Below the pieces are notes generated by a model. It was not told the DNA's origin. It saw only the letters and a program-made list of their open reading frames with translations, and ran no database searches. A stretch of 64,000 nucleotides of DNA from Macrostomum lignano (Eukaryota), in contig NIVC01000067.1 in assembly GCA_002269645.1 (NCBI GenBank), positions 434,001 through 498,000 on the forward strand. The letters are read 5' to 3'. Numbering within the stretch: the stretch's first letter is position 1; every line of letters starts with the position of its first letter. A program made the translations under genes and the position numbers. Below are positions 49,497 through 62,742 of the stretch, piece after piece.

Positions 49497-52400
49497 CTGA
49501 GCCATCTCACAATAGGCATCAGACGAAATTAACGCTAGCTATTTTCATTGACCTTATCACTTTTTATGACGTCTTTTCCTTTTGCGAGGTTGGCCAGTCT
49601 TGTAAATTTTGGCTCGTCAAAAATTAGATTGCTCTTTTGGAAGAAGGCAAAAATCAATTAGTCACCGTATTTTACTCTGATCGACCAGTGTGGCATCTCG
49701 CTAAAGTAAAATCTAAGTATCTTTTTTTCTATTTTAATCAGCCACCCGCGCATCAGTTCCTTTTATTATTTTTTATTTCATCTGTTCTTCCCTTCGTTGT
49801 TACAACTCCACAGTGGGGAGTATTCCCAGAGGAATCCTGCAGAGAGGAGAATTACATGAAGCCAGCTGAGGACGACAGCGAGTATACACGCATCTATAGC
49901 TAATTTAAACTCTAAGGGGATTCCTAATTTTTCACTAGCCAGCCGGCCGTTGTTTCCAAGCTTTTGAACTGTATCATAGTGCACATCAGTTCGTTCTGTT
50001 TTCCGTATCTTCTTTACACTATATTATGATTGTTGCAATGTGCTGTCCGACTCGATCGAATCACCATGCTTTGCTTTAGCAGTTTTGTGTTTAATTAGCT
50101 CTAATATATTATTTGCATTATCTGCAGAAGTTTTGTTAGTTGTGGATTGTAGAAAGAAGTACAAATGTTACTTTGCTGTTGTGCATGCGACAACCAACCC
50201 ACCATGTATAAATAGATTTACCCCCCAGATTTTTCTGCCCCTTTACCCATATCTGATTTGCTAACTAAAAGATTTTCCGCCGGTTGCTTGGGCAGAACTT
50301 CCTGCCCAGAGCTAAGGATATTTCTCTCTTTTTTGGCATTGTAAGTTTTGTGTCCCTTCGACCCGAATGGAGCGTGTAGTTTAACTGCTTTTTGTGTCGC
50401 TGAATTTACCAGAAAAGAAAACTGTTTTGCTTTATCTAATAGTATTGAAAAATTCGACAATTCCTTTTATAAATTTTGCTTTCAAAGTAAATTGTCTTAT
50501 TATGGCGTCAGTCAGTCGGGTTTAAGCCCGATTTTGAACGCATCCTTATAGATTTGAATAATTTCGAGATCATATGGTTGGAAATTCCATATCCAGTCAG
50601 CCGTGAGCCACTGTGCTTTTCCTAAAAGAAGCGTTAGAGCAACAGCTTATGGTAGCCAAAGTAAGTCGTCCATTAGTTAACGTCATCAACTGAAATATCT
50701 AAACAATGACTAAGCATGCTTTACTTTGAAAAAATAGTTCTCATAGAGCGGCATGATGAAAGAGTTTGCAAGAAGCTTGTTTGAGCAGCGAACAGCGCTC
50801 TACCGATCAGTAAGTATATTTGAATCCAGCACCAAAAAAGAAATTCTAGGATATGCATCCATTTGCTCCGATTGTGTACCACTGCACCCTGCTGGCAGGC
50901 CTAACAGAGCCAATATTCTCCCACCTACAGCTTATCGGGCAGCTCCATCTCATTCCTCCCATCTGGCGCTGTTCCTTAGCCAGAAGCAACGCTGTTTTCT
51001 TGTTGCCGTGGGGGTTTGCCTGCCTTGAGTTTTTAAGTCTTCCAGAGCAGGAGAGAGTCATCCCACCTCTCCGCTCCTGCTCTCTCCCTCTATCCAGTCG
51101 CCTATAGCATCATCTTCCTTTCGGGCCAAAAGCTCTGGGAGAGCCAACTGCCAGGGCGACAGGGTTGCATGCAGTTGTTGCACTGTGCAAAAGAGTGACG
51201 CGCGCGGACTGAGTGCAAAATTTGCTAGCAGAAAAATGAGTGGGAGAGGCTAAACTTGCCCGACTGTGAGCTGCCGCAGCTGGTCCCACGGAGTAGGGGT
51301 GTTAAGGGCGAGAGTGGGAGATAAGTTAACACAAAGTAGTGCATAACAGGGCTGGAAATCCAGCGGAAACAGTCACTGTCAATGTATCCGCATGTTTGCA
51401 TCCCCGGATTCATAGCCCCTATTTTCCACAGCCCCGGGCCAGGACAAAAGAAACAGAGTGGGGAGAGTGCGCGGGTGAGAGGAGGGAGAATCGAGGTGGA
51501 ATAATTTCCTGTAAAATTGATCGCTCGCAACCGGGCCGCGGGGCAGAGAGGAGACCGGCGACTGAGTCCCTCCCGCCGAGTCACCCCAAGCCAAGTCCCA
51601 TTTTCTTCCCATTCCATCCTCGGCTCCCAGCACAGATTGGCAACAAGCGAGCCACTACACAGCTCTCTCCTGCCGCCCCCTTGAAGCCTAGTGTTTAATT
51701 CTGCAATATAATTTCTGCTTTGCTTCGCCCTCCCCGATCCTGTTGCTTGTGCGCGTCGCCCCGGCTGCTTTCAATTCAGCTCCCAAGCGCTGAACAAGCC
51801 GAAACACGATCCATGAAGCAAAGGCCGGGCCTCTCAACTCGCCCTGCCGCCTGATTAACTTGCAGTCAGACAAGGAGAGAGCGGACGCCGCAGAGGCTAA
51901 AGAATTTGAAGTGCATATAAGATCTCCAATCCAAAAACATGCCCCTGGCCCTGTCAGACTTCAGCAGCTTGCTCATTGTTGTCTTTTAGGGCAAAGAATG
52001 TGCGACAAAAAAGCAGACGTGCTTCAGGGGACAGGCGATTTATTTTTTCAGAAACTTTCATAAACAAACCTAGTTTAACAACCTGTGACTGGATCGTCAT
52101 TTGCTATATACGTATATATTCGCAGGAGGGTTGTGGATACCCTGGCGCAGTGCCATCGGCGACATCTTACCACAGTCAGTGCTGGGGCAATTTGCCCATT
52201 TATATTTAACTTAATGCATTATTTTTTCGCTAAAAATATGAGTAAAATCCTTCGACTTCATGGCAGCTTCAACTGCATGCTGTCAGGGGTGTAGACTAAT
52301 GGATCAAATGCGGTTTGGTGGAAAGCAAAAGAAATCGCGGTGATAAAAATCAATAGTTTTAAAATTCGCCAGCACTGAAGTCTCGCAAAAAAAGTTTTGC

Positions 52401-53697
52401 GACTATTTCTGAGAATAGTCAGTGCCACTGAACTCTCTAAAAATAGAGGGATAAATAATAGTCTGAGAACATTTACTCAAACAAAAACTGCAAACAAAAG
52501 CCCTTCCGAACGATTTTTTCAAGTCCTGTGAGCGTAATTCTCAATGCACTAATGGTGCTCATGTCTGGTCAATATGAAAGTCTGTATTGAAGATCTACAG
52601 GTCCACACCACGCTTTTCCGAGGCTGAAGCAAACGCGCGTGTCTTTAGGACCGTCTTCTAGTAAAAAGGGTTTACAACATCTCGCGGTCCGGATAATGAG
52701 CTAGTATTTGAGTAAGAAAATCTTGGCCTAAGGAGTCAACGCACGACAAAAGAAATTTGACCTAAATCAAACGGCTGCATCTCACCAGAGCTCTGCAAAC
52801 CTGCTCTATTTTGTACTTTTAATTCCTTAGCTACTCCCACTCAGTCTGACTTCCCGTTTCCAATTCAGTTTTCTACAGGAACTGCCCGCATCTTCAAGAG
52901 TTCATGAGCCAAGACTGGGCGATGCCGCGACTATAGCCAGTAATTACCATGCGCCAGTCCCGGTGACGGAGTTGATTACAGCAGCTCTGGGATTGTTAAA
53001 GGTGGCAGGTCTCATTGAACGCGAAAAAATCTCTACACCGAACACCTATAGCTTCACTGCTCCAGGCTTGGCCCGGTCTGTACTCAAGCCATATCCCCAA
53101 ACTACAGGGATCTTAGCATTCTCTTGGCTTTGCAGCATTTCAAATCAATAATTTTAATCTCGAAAATACTCTTTTACTAGTGAGCTGGGATGCTGCTTCC
53201 AGCGAGAATTGATGAAATACGATCTTGATCAGCCGCAGAAGAGGAGCTGTCTTGTAGAAGGAATTGTTTCTCTCAGTTTCGCATTCAGATTAAAAATTCC
53301 GAGGCAGCCGATCTACTTGCATTCGAAAAGAAGCCATTAATAAGTAATTCGACCTGAAGCAGATCCAAAGAATTAATTTAAATCCCTTTCTCTCTGTCGT
53401 AATGAAATGCAGCATCACTTTCACACAAGTCCCTGAATGTCAAATAAGGCATTTAGAACGATTTCGTTTATATTGCAGAAATTTCAGACCACCACGACTC
53501 AGAAGCGGCTCAGACTACCAGGTAAAATGCGGTGCGTTTAATAAACACGTTTGATCATGTTTTCAACTTCAATGCCAATGAGCTAGTACTTAAAAACGAT
53601 TTTAGAGTTCTTTTGAGTTGCGTTGGCGTAAGCGCATCACCCGAGGCTACTTGATGACGCAAGACCCGAGTCTACTCAAGCACTTTTACTGTGTACC

Positions 53698-53927
53698 TGT
53701 ACACGTGATAACCAATTTAGACTTCGATGTTGGTGTCTGAGTGTGTCTGAGTGGTGTCTGAGTGTTGGTGTCTGAGACGGATGACTGTGATACGTATATA
53801 TATATATATTGGTGAGACTAGCCTTTAGCTAGATTGAGTCCTCTAATTGAGCGGCTCAAGTTATATTCTTCTTTATTAGTTCTTGCACAACGTTAGCTAT
53901 ATAAAATAAATATACAGTACTTCTACA
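53698..53927 (+). mobile_element. Possible solo LTR
   Basis: TGTA...TACA ends; (TA)n tract; AATAAA about 15 nt before the end; agc.gctcaagtt shared with the Gypsy LTR. No TSD found. Confidence 0.35.
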
Positions 53928-55009
53928 ATGGTTAGGACCACAGAAAGCTTTTCGTGAAACTAATAGCACAACATACAAGTTCCTACTAATTCAAATCAAA
54001 TATTCGAGTTAGATTAATTGAGTTACCTACGATTTTACTGTACTTGGTGTCCGCTACAACAATGGGATAAAGTTCAAGTCGATGTCACAATTTCGATTTT
54101 TATGTTCTTATTACCAGTCTCTAGTCTACCATTTTGCTTACCCAACTACATTTTCTTAATTTTTCCCCTCTTTACTTTGTCCCAGCTCCCCCAATGTGGG
54201 ATAATTTTTTAAGCATTTAGCCAAAGTACATGAGGTGCAGTGTTTCAAAAGTAACGAGGCTGAAGGGATGCAGAGACAGGCTGAGTGGCTGGGCAGTTTC
54301 AGCTACTAAGAGTAGCCAGTACAGTCTGGGCCTCCATCAAGATGCTGCACCATCCCTCTATGACGGAAGCACCACCTCATGCGGTGGAAGCCAGAGCAGG
54401 CACCGTCGGCTTCCGCTCAGCTTGTAACAGTAGGTGTTCAAGCCGCTGGCATATTTGCGTGTACTCACTCACTTGTGACAATCTCGTGGTTGCCGCATGA
54501 GAGAGCTTTTGTGGGCATCATCTCGATTCGGGTTCTGACTGACTCAGAAGCTGACTCAAAAGCAGAATGCGGAAACGCGGTGTAATGCATGAATCTACAT
54601 GTAATCAGGCAAGACCATCCGTGTGGGGAAGTATGCGATCAACAGGACAGCCCTCTGCTTACGGACGAGCTGGGTAGCCTCTGCTAGTAGGGAACTATCG
54701 AACACATACTTCATTTTTTCTTTCGCTTCGCTCGGATCGCATGCAACCTACGAATAGGGCGCCTGGCCACGGGTAACCTTGGCTTCGGGGCAGTTTGGCC
54801 TGGAACACGGAGCAGCTGTGCTGTCTCTCTGCAGTGTCTGGTTCAACTATCGTGTTCAATGGTAGCCTTCACTCCCAGTTAGGTTAAAGAGAGTCTCTGC
54901 CTGTTCTCAGTAGTGTGTTGAGCGCGGGTTAAAAAACGATTTCCTATGTGGATTTTTCATTCTCGAGCTTTAAACCTTAATTTTATTGGCAATTTGTTAA
55001 CAAAATCAG

Positions 55010-55440
55010 CCAAGACGACCGGTGGGTTGAAACTGAAATGTATCGGTCATGCATATTTTGTTGGATACTGAGTTTGTGAGCCTGTTTAAAGTACGCTTTT
55101 CCGTCGGTTTTCCTCGTTGGAATTTATTGTTTAAAGCGTATAAGCGCCAGTTGGACAGCACGTAAGATTCGTCTGCGCTCAAGTCCTTCTTGGGGCTGTA
55201 TACCTTAACGCAATTGCATCTCTCAATGTCTTCAACAACGGTCCTCAGCGTCGACCGAGTGACCAGTGGACCAACCAGGCTCTTTGGTTGGTCCACTTCG
55301 CCAGGTCTTCAAAGAGGCAAAATAGACAGAAAAAAGGCCGTTGCTTGTTCAACATAATCGGGAACTGTAATTCCTGGATTTAGTCCAGGCGTACCTCGAA
55401 ATTCGTCAGTCTCCAGCACATCTTGACCAGCAACTACGAG
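55010..55440 (-). pseudogene. piggyBac transposase remnant
   Basis: DEFRGTPGLNPGITVPDYVEQATAFFSVYF followed by VYSPKKDLSADES (the Y-x-P...L-S-x-DE motif); internally deleted. Confidence 0.65.
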
Positions 55441-55472
55441 CAGCATCCCAAGAAAGCTCTTCCGTCTCTCCA

Positions 55473-56104
55473 TCTACCCTGTGACATGGAGGCCTGAGAT
55501 GTCAAGGCTCACAGGGGGGAATAGCTGAGATGTCAAGGCTCATGAGGAGGGGGGATAGCTGAGATGTCAAGGCTCATGAGGAGGGGGGATAGCTGAGATG
55601 TCAAGGCTCATGAGGAGGGGGGATAGCTGAGATGTCCAGGCTCATGAGGAGGGGGGATAGCTGAGATGTCAAGGCTCACAGGGGGGATAGCTGAGATGTC
55701 AAGGCTCATGAGGAGGGGGGATAGCTGAGATGTCAAGGCTCACAGGGGGGAATAGCTGAGATGTCAAGGCTCATGAGGAGGGGAGATAGCTGAGATGTCA
55801 AGGCTCATGAGGAGGGGGGATAGCTGAGATGTCAAGGCTTATGGGGAGGGGGGAATAGCTGAGATGTCAGGTCTTACGGGGAGGGTGAATAACTCAAATG
55901 TCAGGGCTCAAAAGTCAGGATAATAAGTCAGGGCTTATGGGGAGGGGGGAATAGCTGAGATGTCAAGGCTTGTGGGGAGGGGGGATAGCTGAGATGTCAG
56001 GGCTTACGGGGGGATTTCTGAGATTGTCAGAAGCTAGATTTAGTTTATTCAAAAATTTGTGTTCGATTCTTTGTTGACTCCCCAACGGGGGCACTGATTG
56101 CTAC
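55473..56104 (+). mobile_element. Non-autonomous Helitron-like element with an internal ~35-bp array
   Basis: A|TCTAC 5' end; array agctgagatgtcaaggctcatgaggagggggg at ~55495-56030; 3' hairpin CCCC-AAC-GGGG followed by cactgattgCTAC|T, matching the 40653 end. Confidence 0.6.
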
Positions 56105-57054
56105 TACATGTAAGTACTGATCTAATGATCTAATTCAATAGAAAAAGTCTACGTATGTTAGTTAATGAAAGCTTTGATTTACGCTCTAAAACTAAAAGCT
56201 TTGTGAACATCAATAGAGCTATAAGAATGGCAAGTCATATCCAAAGATGAACATTGGGTCTCGCTTCTATCAAAAGCAATAGCAATTTTGGTTCTGAAAA
56301 AATGAAAATCTCATATCTCTTTGTAATGTATTTTTTCGGTAATACCGGCTTCCTAAAATCTTCCAAGAAACGTATATGCCGTCCTTCTACTTAAGTAGTC
56401 CTTGGCTTAGACATACTCGTAGTCAAATCGAAGACCTTGAGTTATTAGTTATAAATTCCCTCCAGGCAACCCCTTCAAAACCCCGTTCGCATCATCTTAT
56501 AACGCGCCGTTCACAGGCTACGAGCTATCACAATTCTGGCTGATTCCCACGGACCCTTCTCGCTTGTGCTTTATTGAAAATAACTTTTGGTATTAAATGT
56601 AGTTCAATCCCCACCCCAAACAACAGACATAAAGACCCTCTCTGAAGTGGAGGCAGACTTTTAGGGCGGCGGCCTGCACTCGCCCTTTGCAATGCCGTCA
56701 TCAAGCACTTGTGGCTTATTGTCAGAGTGCAGCTGTCCGCAACTGCAGCACTCCACGCTTTGTTGACAATGCATTTTTTCTAACTCCCTTAATTAGGGAA
56801 TTCCTTTCCTAATTAAGTATCTACATGTATCTACGAAGTATTTACTATTCTAGTTGAAGTCATAGTTTAGGTGAGTCCATTTTTAATTATTACACTGAGA
56901 ACACTGAAAGCAAACAGAGTTTATGGAAGAATTAATTGAACGGGAAAGTTCTGGCCGTGCATGCCTCGCTGGTTTTAGGCTGCAAAAAGTGGTAGAGCAA
57001 ATGATAGGATAAAATTGGGTCTACGATTTTGACTATCACAATTTGACTTCTGGA

Positions 57055-57555
57055 CCTACCCTAAACCCTAAACCTAACCTAAACCCTAATCCTAACCTAA
57101 ACCCTAAACCCTAAACCTAACCTAAACCCTAATCCTAACCTAAACCCTAATCCTAACCTAAACCCTAAACCCTAACCTAAACACTAACCCTAACCCAAAC
57201 CCCAACCCTAACCTAAACCATAACCCAAACTTAAACCCCAACCCTAACCTAAACCCCAACCCTAACCTAAACCATAACCCAAACTTAAACCCCAACCCTA
57301 ACCTAAACCCCAACCCTAACCTAAACCATAACCCAAACTTAAACCCTAACCCTAATCTAAACCCCAACCCTAACCTAAACCCTAACCCAAACCTAAACCC
57401 CAACCCTAACCTAAACCCCAACCCTAACCTAAACCCCAACCCTAACCTAAACCCCAACCCTAACCTAAACCCCAACCCTAACCTAAACCCCAACCCTAAC
57501 CTAAACTCCAACCCTAACCTAAACCCCAACCCAAACCTAAACCCCAACCCTAATC
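57055..57555. repeat. Interstitial telomere-like minisatellite (18-bp unit aaccctaacctaaacccc)
   Basis: Built from CCCTAA hexamer variants; explains the LGLGFR repeat ORF. Confidence 0.9.
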
Positions 57556-58703
57556 TTCGACTGTCGGATATGGACGGCGGTCAAATAGCGGCAGTCAGGT
57601 GGTCGGGCTCCCCACCTATGCATAGGCTGCTTCTGTTAAGCACCATGTATGCAAAGAAGGATCCTGAAAGAGGGGCGGCTGGGCGGGGCCGGTCTGGCAT
57701 GAGGGGAGTCACAGACAGCGGTCGCGCCGCTGATATACAAGCTCCCCGCCCTCGGCTGGGAGAAATCTGCGATAGCGGCCTCCCGAATGGGAAATTTATG
57801 ACTCTCCGGCCGCAAGCTCCGCCTGTTGCCCCTCACCCTCCCTCCCCCCTCCTCGCGCTAGCAGAAATCTCTTTCATGCGGATCTGCGCTTTAGAAATGC
57901 GAAATCTAAAAACGCTTGCTCCCTGCATGGACCTCTGGATAGCCCCCCCCCCGCGGACTAAAGCTGGACCCCGAATCAATTTGCTGACTCAAAATCTGAT
58001 CATCAGGAAGCGATATGTTCTGAGTCACCAACGCGGAACTCAACCACCGAGCCGGCCAAGGTCCGTCCAAGCGACCTAGGTTGCGCTGTCGGGGACTTCA
58101 GCTGGAGAGCCACAGCATCCGCGCCGAGAGTCGCACTGCTGACCTTGCAGGCACCCTGCCCGCGAAGGCAGGCGCGTCATCTGCTGTTTGTAGCTGTTGA
58201 CGGTTTTGATGTTCCCATTATGCTTTGAAATTATTCAGATGGGGTCTACTTATTTTGCTTTTCTGGCTTGTGTCCAATCCAAGTTTCCAGAAGTCCTTGA
58301 TCCAGCGCTAACCGCTCTCAACTAACCTCTGATGCTGCCGTCTCGCCCCACTCTGGCATCGGGAAACCTGCGATCATAAACCATCGGTTGTGCCCCCCTC
58401 CCCATCTTTGTCTTCTCCATGCAAGAATTCCGCTGCGAATCTTGCGCGCAAATGTTCTTACGCACCATTCACAGACACTCACCATTGGTCCACCATTCGA
58501 GAAAAACAAGAGAGAGGGAGACAGGCCGATAGTCCCGATAAAAACTAATGAACCATGGTATCGCTGCAGACTCTGCAAATATTGTAAATTATTTGATACC
58601 CGCCACTGGAATTTGGGCTGCAAAAGTTTAATCAATTCTTTCACGCTGAAGAAAATTGAATCCAGCGGCTGCTCAGCCACTGTCAGTGACTTCCTGAGCA
58701 CCC

Positions 58704-61260
58704 ATGAGGCCTGCGCCTCTGTTGCTTCTGCTCAGCCAGGCGCCGCTGCTTCTGCTGCTTTTGCTGATTTCTGGCTGCCTGAACACCTGCGGAGCGATTC
58801 AATGGCTGTGAGTGCTGCTCTACTTGTCAGTGCTTAGCCCTCCCATCCTCAGCCTTGATCTCACCACTCTCCCCACTATTCCTGACCAGTGCTCACCACT
58901 CTCCCGCTATCCCTGACCAGTGCTCACCACTCTCCCGCTATCCCTGACCAGTGCTCACCACTCTCCCGCTATCCCTGACCAGTGCTCACCACTCTCCCGC
59001 TATCCCTGACCAGTGCTCACCACTCTCCCGCTATCCCTGACCAGTGCTCACCACTCTCCCCGCTATCCCTGACGAGTGCTCACCACTCTCCCTCTATCCC
59101 TGACCAGTGCTCACCACTCTCCCTCTATCCCTGACGAGTGCTCACCACTCTCAGTTCTGCAAAAAATGGACTCGAAGGGCAGCCAAGGCAGCCATTGTTT
59201 CCTCTCTGATCGAGGCCTCCAAGCAGACTTTGGCACTCTGCCAGCAGCAATTTCGCGGCTTCAGGTGGAACTGCGGTGTGCTAGAGCACGTTCCTGAACT
59301 GGCGCCCGAACTGCGAACCCGTGAGTGTCTTTAGAAGCACCAAGGATGGAATGTAGATTCTTATTTAAATCAACATCTCAAAAAAGGATATGGCGTCATC
59401 ATTATTTTAAACTTTTATTCTTTTGGCAAAACAATTCTCGCCGCTCTGTGTAACGTTCGCATGGAATATCAAGCCAGTACATGTTCGATAGATGTTACTA
59501 GCAATCAGCCCCCCAAGCCAACCAAGAATGAAACGTAAATTTTTTAATAAACTAAATGTAGCTTCTCGTTGCAATAACCTCAACAATTCCCTTCTAAGTC
59601 TTGACATCTCAGCTATTCCTTCCATAAGCCTTGAAATCTCAGCAATTCCCCCTAACCCTAACAATATCTCTAACTCCAAACCTAACCCTAACCCTAACAG
59701 CAAAGCCTTGATAGCATTATAGTGATTTCCTCCAAGCCTTGACATCCCAAATTAATCTTCTATGTTCAACATGACGCTTCTTTTATGTTTTAAACGTCTG
59801 CCTGGGGACTGAACTGGCGTTTGGAGGCTGGTGGTTCAACATGAGCATTTGAAAGGCTTGTTAAGTGAGGGGCGGAGCAAGCTCATCAGTTTACGCATCG
59901 GACACTCGCGCCAGGGTCTCTTGGTTCGATTCTTGGATTGCTTGCTTGGATTTGGAATTTGAGCACCGAATGATGGCGTGAGGGTCTGTCGTGCAATTTT
60001 CACCCGCGAGACCCAACTCCCAAGGCACAGAGTGTGTACATCGCCTGACAATGAGACAGTCAAGGTCGCTGTACACCCAGTATGAGCGCGTGCCTGCTCA
60101 CGTATCACTAGACAAAAGTTGTTTACACGTTGATGACCTAGTGCAGAGGCCTTTGACACTTAGTAGCACTGCTGTAAGAAACACAGTATATATAATTTGG
60201 ATATTTTTCCCTCACCACCCAGTGACAGCGGAGCAGGCCCTGGTGCACGCAATGTCCGGCTTTGTGCTGGCCACCACGCTGGCCAACGACTGCGCCAGAG
60301 GCGTCATCGCCAACTGCCCGTGCGGCGCCGAGCCCAGATGGCTGCGCGCCAGGTGGCCCGAGGTGCGCTTCAGCTTGGAAGGCTGCCACACCAACCTGCG
60401 CATGGGCCAGCGCCTGGCGCGCCAGTTCCTGGGCTTTGCCGGCAAGAGGAAGCGCGCGCGAAGGCGGAGGCCGAGAGGCCGCAGGACAGTGAAAACCTTC
60501 GATAGATTCGTCAAAAAGGTGAATCGGCACAATTATCGGGTGGGCATCAGGGCTACGAAGCACAGCGAAGCGGTCAGGTGCAAATGCCACGGCAGCAGCG
60601 CCTCCTGCACGATCAGAACCTGCCACAAGGTGCTGCACCAGCGAGGCATCCAGATGATTCCGTCTGCCTACGTGCGGCGCTACGAAGACGATCCTATCGA
60701 TTTTTTAATTAACCTGTACGATAAGGTGAGGCTCAAATTTGAACTATCACATAATTGTTGAGGTAGTTTAATTCATAATTATTCTACTTAGGCGATATGG
60801 CAGAGGTTTTAATAACATGGAAAATATTTGAGATTTAAAGGATACGCGATACAGCAGGCGTACAGTACTGGCGGGCTTGTGTGTGCTCAAGGAGTCAGTT
60901 TTAGGGGTGGGACGATTTCGCGAAAGGCGTCCTCCCTTTCCTGCTGCAAATTGATGAATTATTTCTACTATCTCGGATAAAGTCGAGAGGTGAGAACGAA
61001 GCCCGAGCTCATAACTATAATTCCCCAATCCAGCAAAACCTGCGCCGCACCATATTTGACGAGCGCGGCTACCAAGGCTACGAGGAGCGCTGCACCGAGG
61101 CTGACAGGCAGGCTGGCAGCAACCCCCTGGCGGCGAAGCCGCTGTGCGAGTCATACAAAGTTGTCCCCGGCCTGCCCCGGGCAAGCGTGCTGCTGTTCAA
61201 GGAGCACTCGCTGGACTACTGCTCACGGAGGGAGGACGTTTATCCGGGAACTAGTAACAG
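58704..61260 (+). CDS. Wnt: Wnt ligand, most like Wnt11 (exons 58704-58807, 59139-59320, 60223-60725, 61034-61260; last exon not found)
   Basis: Signal peptide MRPAPLLLL...AIQWL; CQQQFRGFRWNC; EQALVHAMS; CARGVIANCPCG; FSLEGC; NRHNYRVG; CKCHGSSASC; HSLDYC...GTSNR. Phases 2/1/0/2 are compatible and donors are GTGAG. Confidence 0.9.
58861..59154. repeat. 31-bp minisatellite at the Wnt intron 1/exon 2 boundary
   Basis: Nine copies of ctatccctgac(c/g)agtgctcaccactctccc. Confidence 0.95.
59498..59795 (-). mobile_element. Helitron-like family fragment in Wnt intron 2
   Basis: Reverse complement matches the 39.6-40.65 kb modules and ends ctgattgCTAG|T at 59498. Confidence 0.6.
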
Positions 61261-61512
61261 GTGAGAACAGTATGAGAACACTCAACCAAGGAGTGTGCAT
61301 ACAATAGCTCGCGCCAAAGAACTCGTTGACAGTGGGCTCGTTCGATTCCATAAAACATAAATTTGAGGCTCGTGCACAAAATACTCGTATTTAAACCCAT
61401 GAAGGTTAACCAAGAGGCCGCTGTGTCTACGTACGTATCCGTATGAGTTCTCAAAATAGGTCAGAAAAATTGACACGAGAGCTTGCCTGCCTACGTCGTG
61501 TTGACTTGGGGT

Positions 61513-62742
61513 AGTGCCCAAAGCCCTTATGAGTCAACCAACAAACTAAAAGGTGCCCAAAGCCCTTATGAGTCAACCAACAAACTAAAAAGTGCCCAAA
61601 GCCCTTATGAGTCAACCAACAAACTAAAAGGTGCCCAAAGCCCTTATGAGTTAACCAACAAACTAAAAAGTGCCCAAAGCCCTTATGAGTTAACCAACAA
61701 ACTAAAAGGTGCCCAAAGCCCTTATGAGTTAACCAACAAACTAAAAGGTGCCCAAAGCCCTTATGAGTCAACCAACAAACTAAAAGGTGCCCAAAGTCCT
61801 TATGAGTTAACCAACAAACTAAAAGGTGCCCAAAGCCCTTATGAGTCAACCAACAAACTAAAAGGTGCCCAAAGCCCTTATGAGTCAACCAACAAACTAA
61901 AAAGTGCCCAAAGCCCTTATGAGTCAACCAACAAACTAAAAGGTGCCCAAAGCCCTTATGAGTTAACCAACAAACTAAAAAGTGCCCAAAGCCCTTATGA
62001 GTTAACCAACAAACTAAAAGGTGCCCAAAGCCCTTATGAGTTAACCAACAAACTAAAAGGTGCCCAAAGTCCTTATGAGTTAACCAACAAACTAAAAGGT
62101 GCCCAAAGCCCTTATGAGTCAACCAACAAACTAAAATGTGCCCAAAGCCCTTATGAGTCAACCAACAAACTAAAAAGTGCCCAAAGCCCTTATGAGTCAA
62201 CCAACAAACTAAAAGGTGCCCAAAGCCCTTATGAGTTAACCAACAAACTAAAAAGTGCCCAAAGCCCTTATGAGTTAACCAACAAACTAAAAGGTGCCCA
62301 AAGCCCTTATGAGTTAACCAACAAACTAAAAGGTGCCCAAAGTCCTTATGAGTTAACCAACAAACTAAAAGGTGCCCAAAGCCCTTATGAGTTAACCAAC
62401 AAACTAAAAAGTGCCCAAAGCCCTTATGAGTTAACCAACAAACTAAAAAGTGCCCAAAGCCCTTATGAGTTAACCAACAAACTAAAAGGTGCCCAAAGTC
62501 CTTATGAGTTAACCAACAAACTAAAAGGTGCCCAAAGCCCTTATGAGGTTACCAACAAACTAAAAAGTGCCCAAAGCCCTTATGAGTTAACCAACAAACT
62601 AAAAAGTGCCCAAAGCCCTTATGAGTTAACCAACAAACTAAAAGGTGCCCAAAGCCCTTATGAGTCAACCAACAAACTAAAAGGAGCCCAAAGCCCTTAT
62701 GAGTCAACCAACAAACTAAAAGGTGCCCAAAGCCCTTATGAG
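61513..62742. repeat. 36-bp minisatellite in Wnt intron 4 (gtgcccaaagcccttatgagt[c/t]aaccaacaaactaaaa[a/g])
   Basis: About 34 near-identical copies; source of the 423-aa and 249-aa repeat ORFs. Confidence 0.97.

Noticed and set aside
59299-59310. TGGCGCCCGAAC, a PBS-like 12-mer
   Set aside because: Lies in Wnt coding sequence (LAPE) with no LTR; coincidence.
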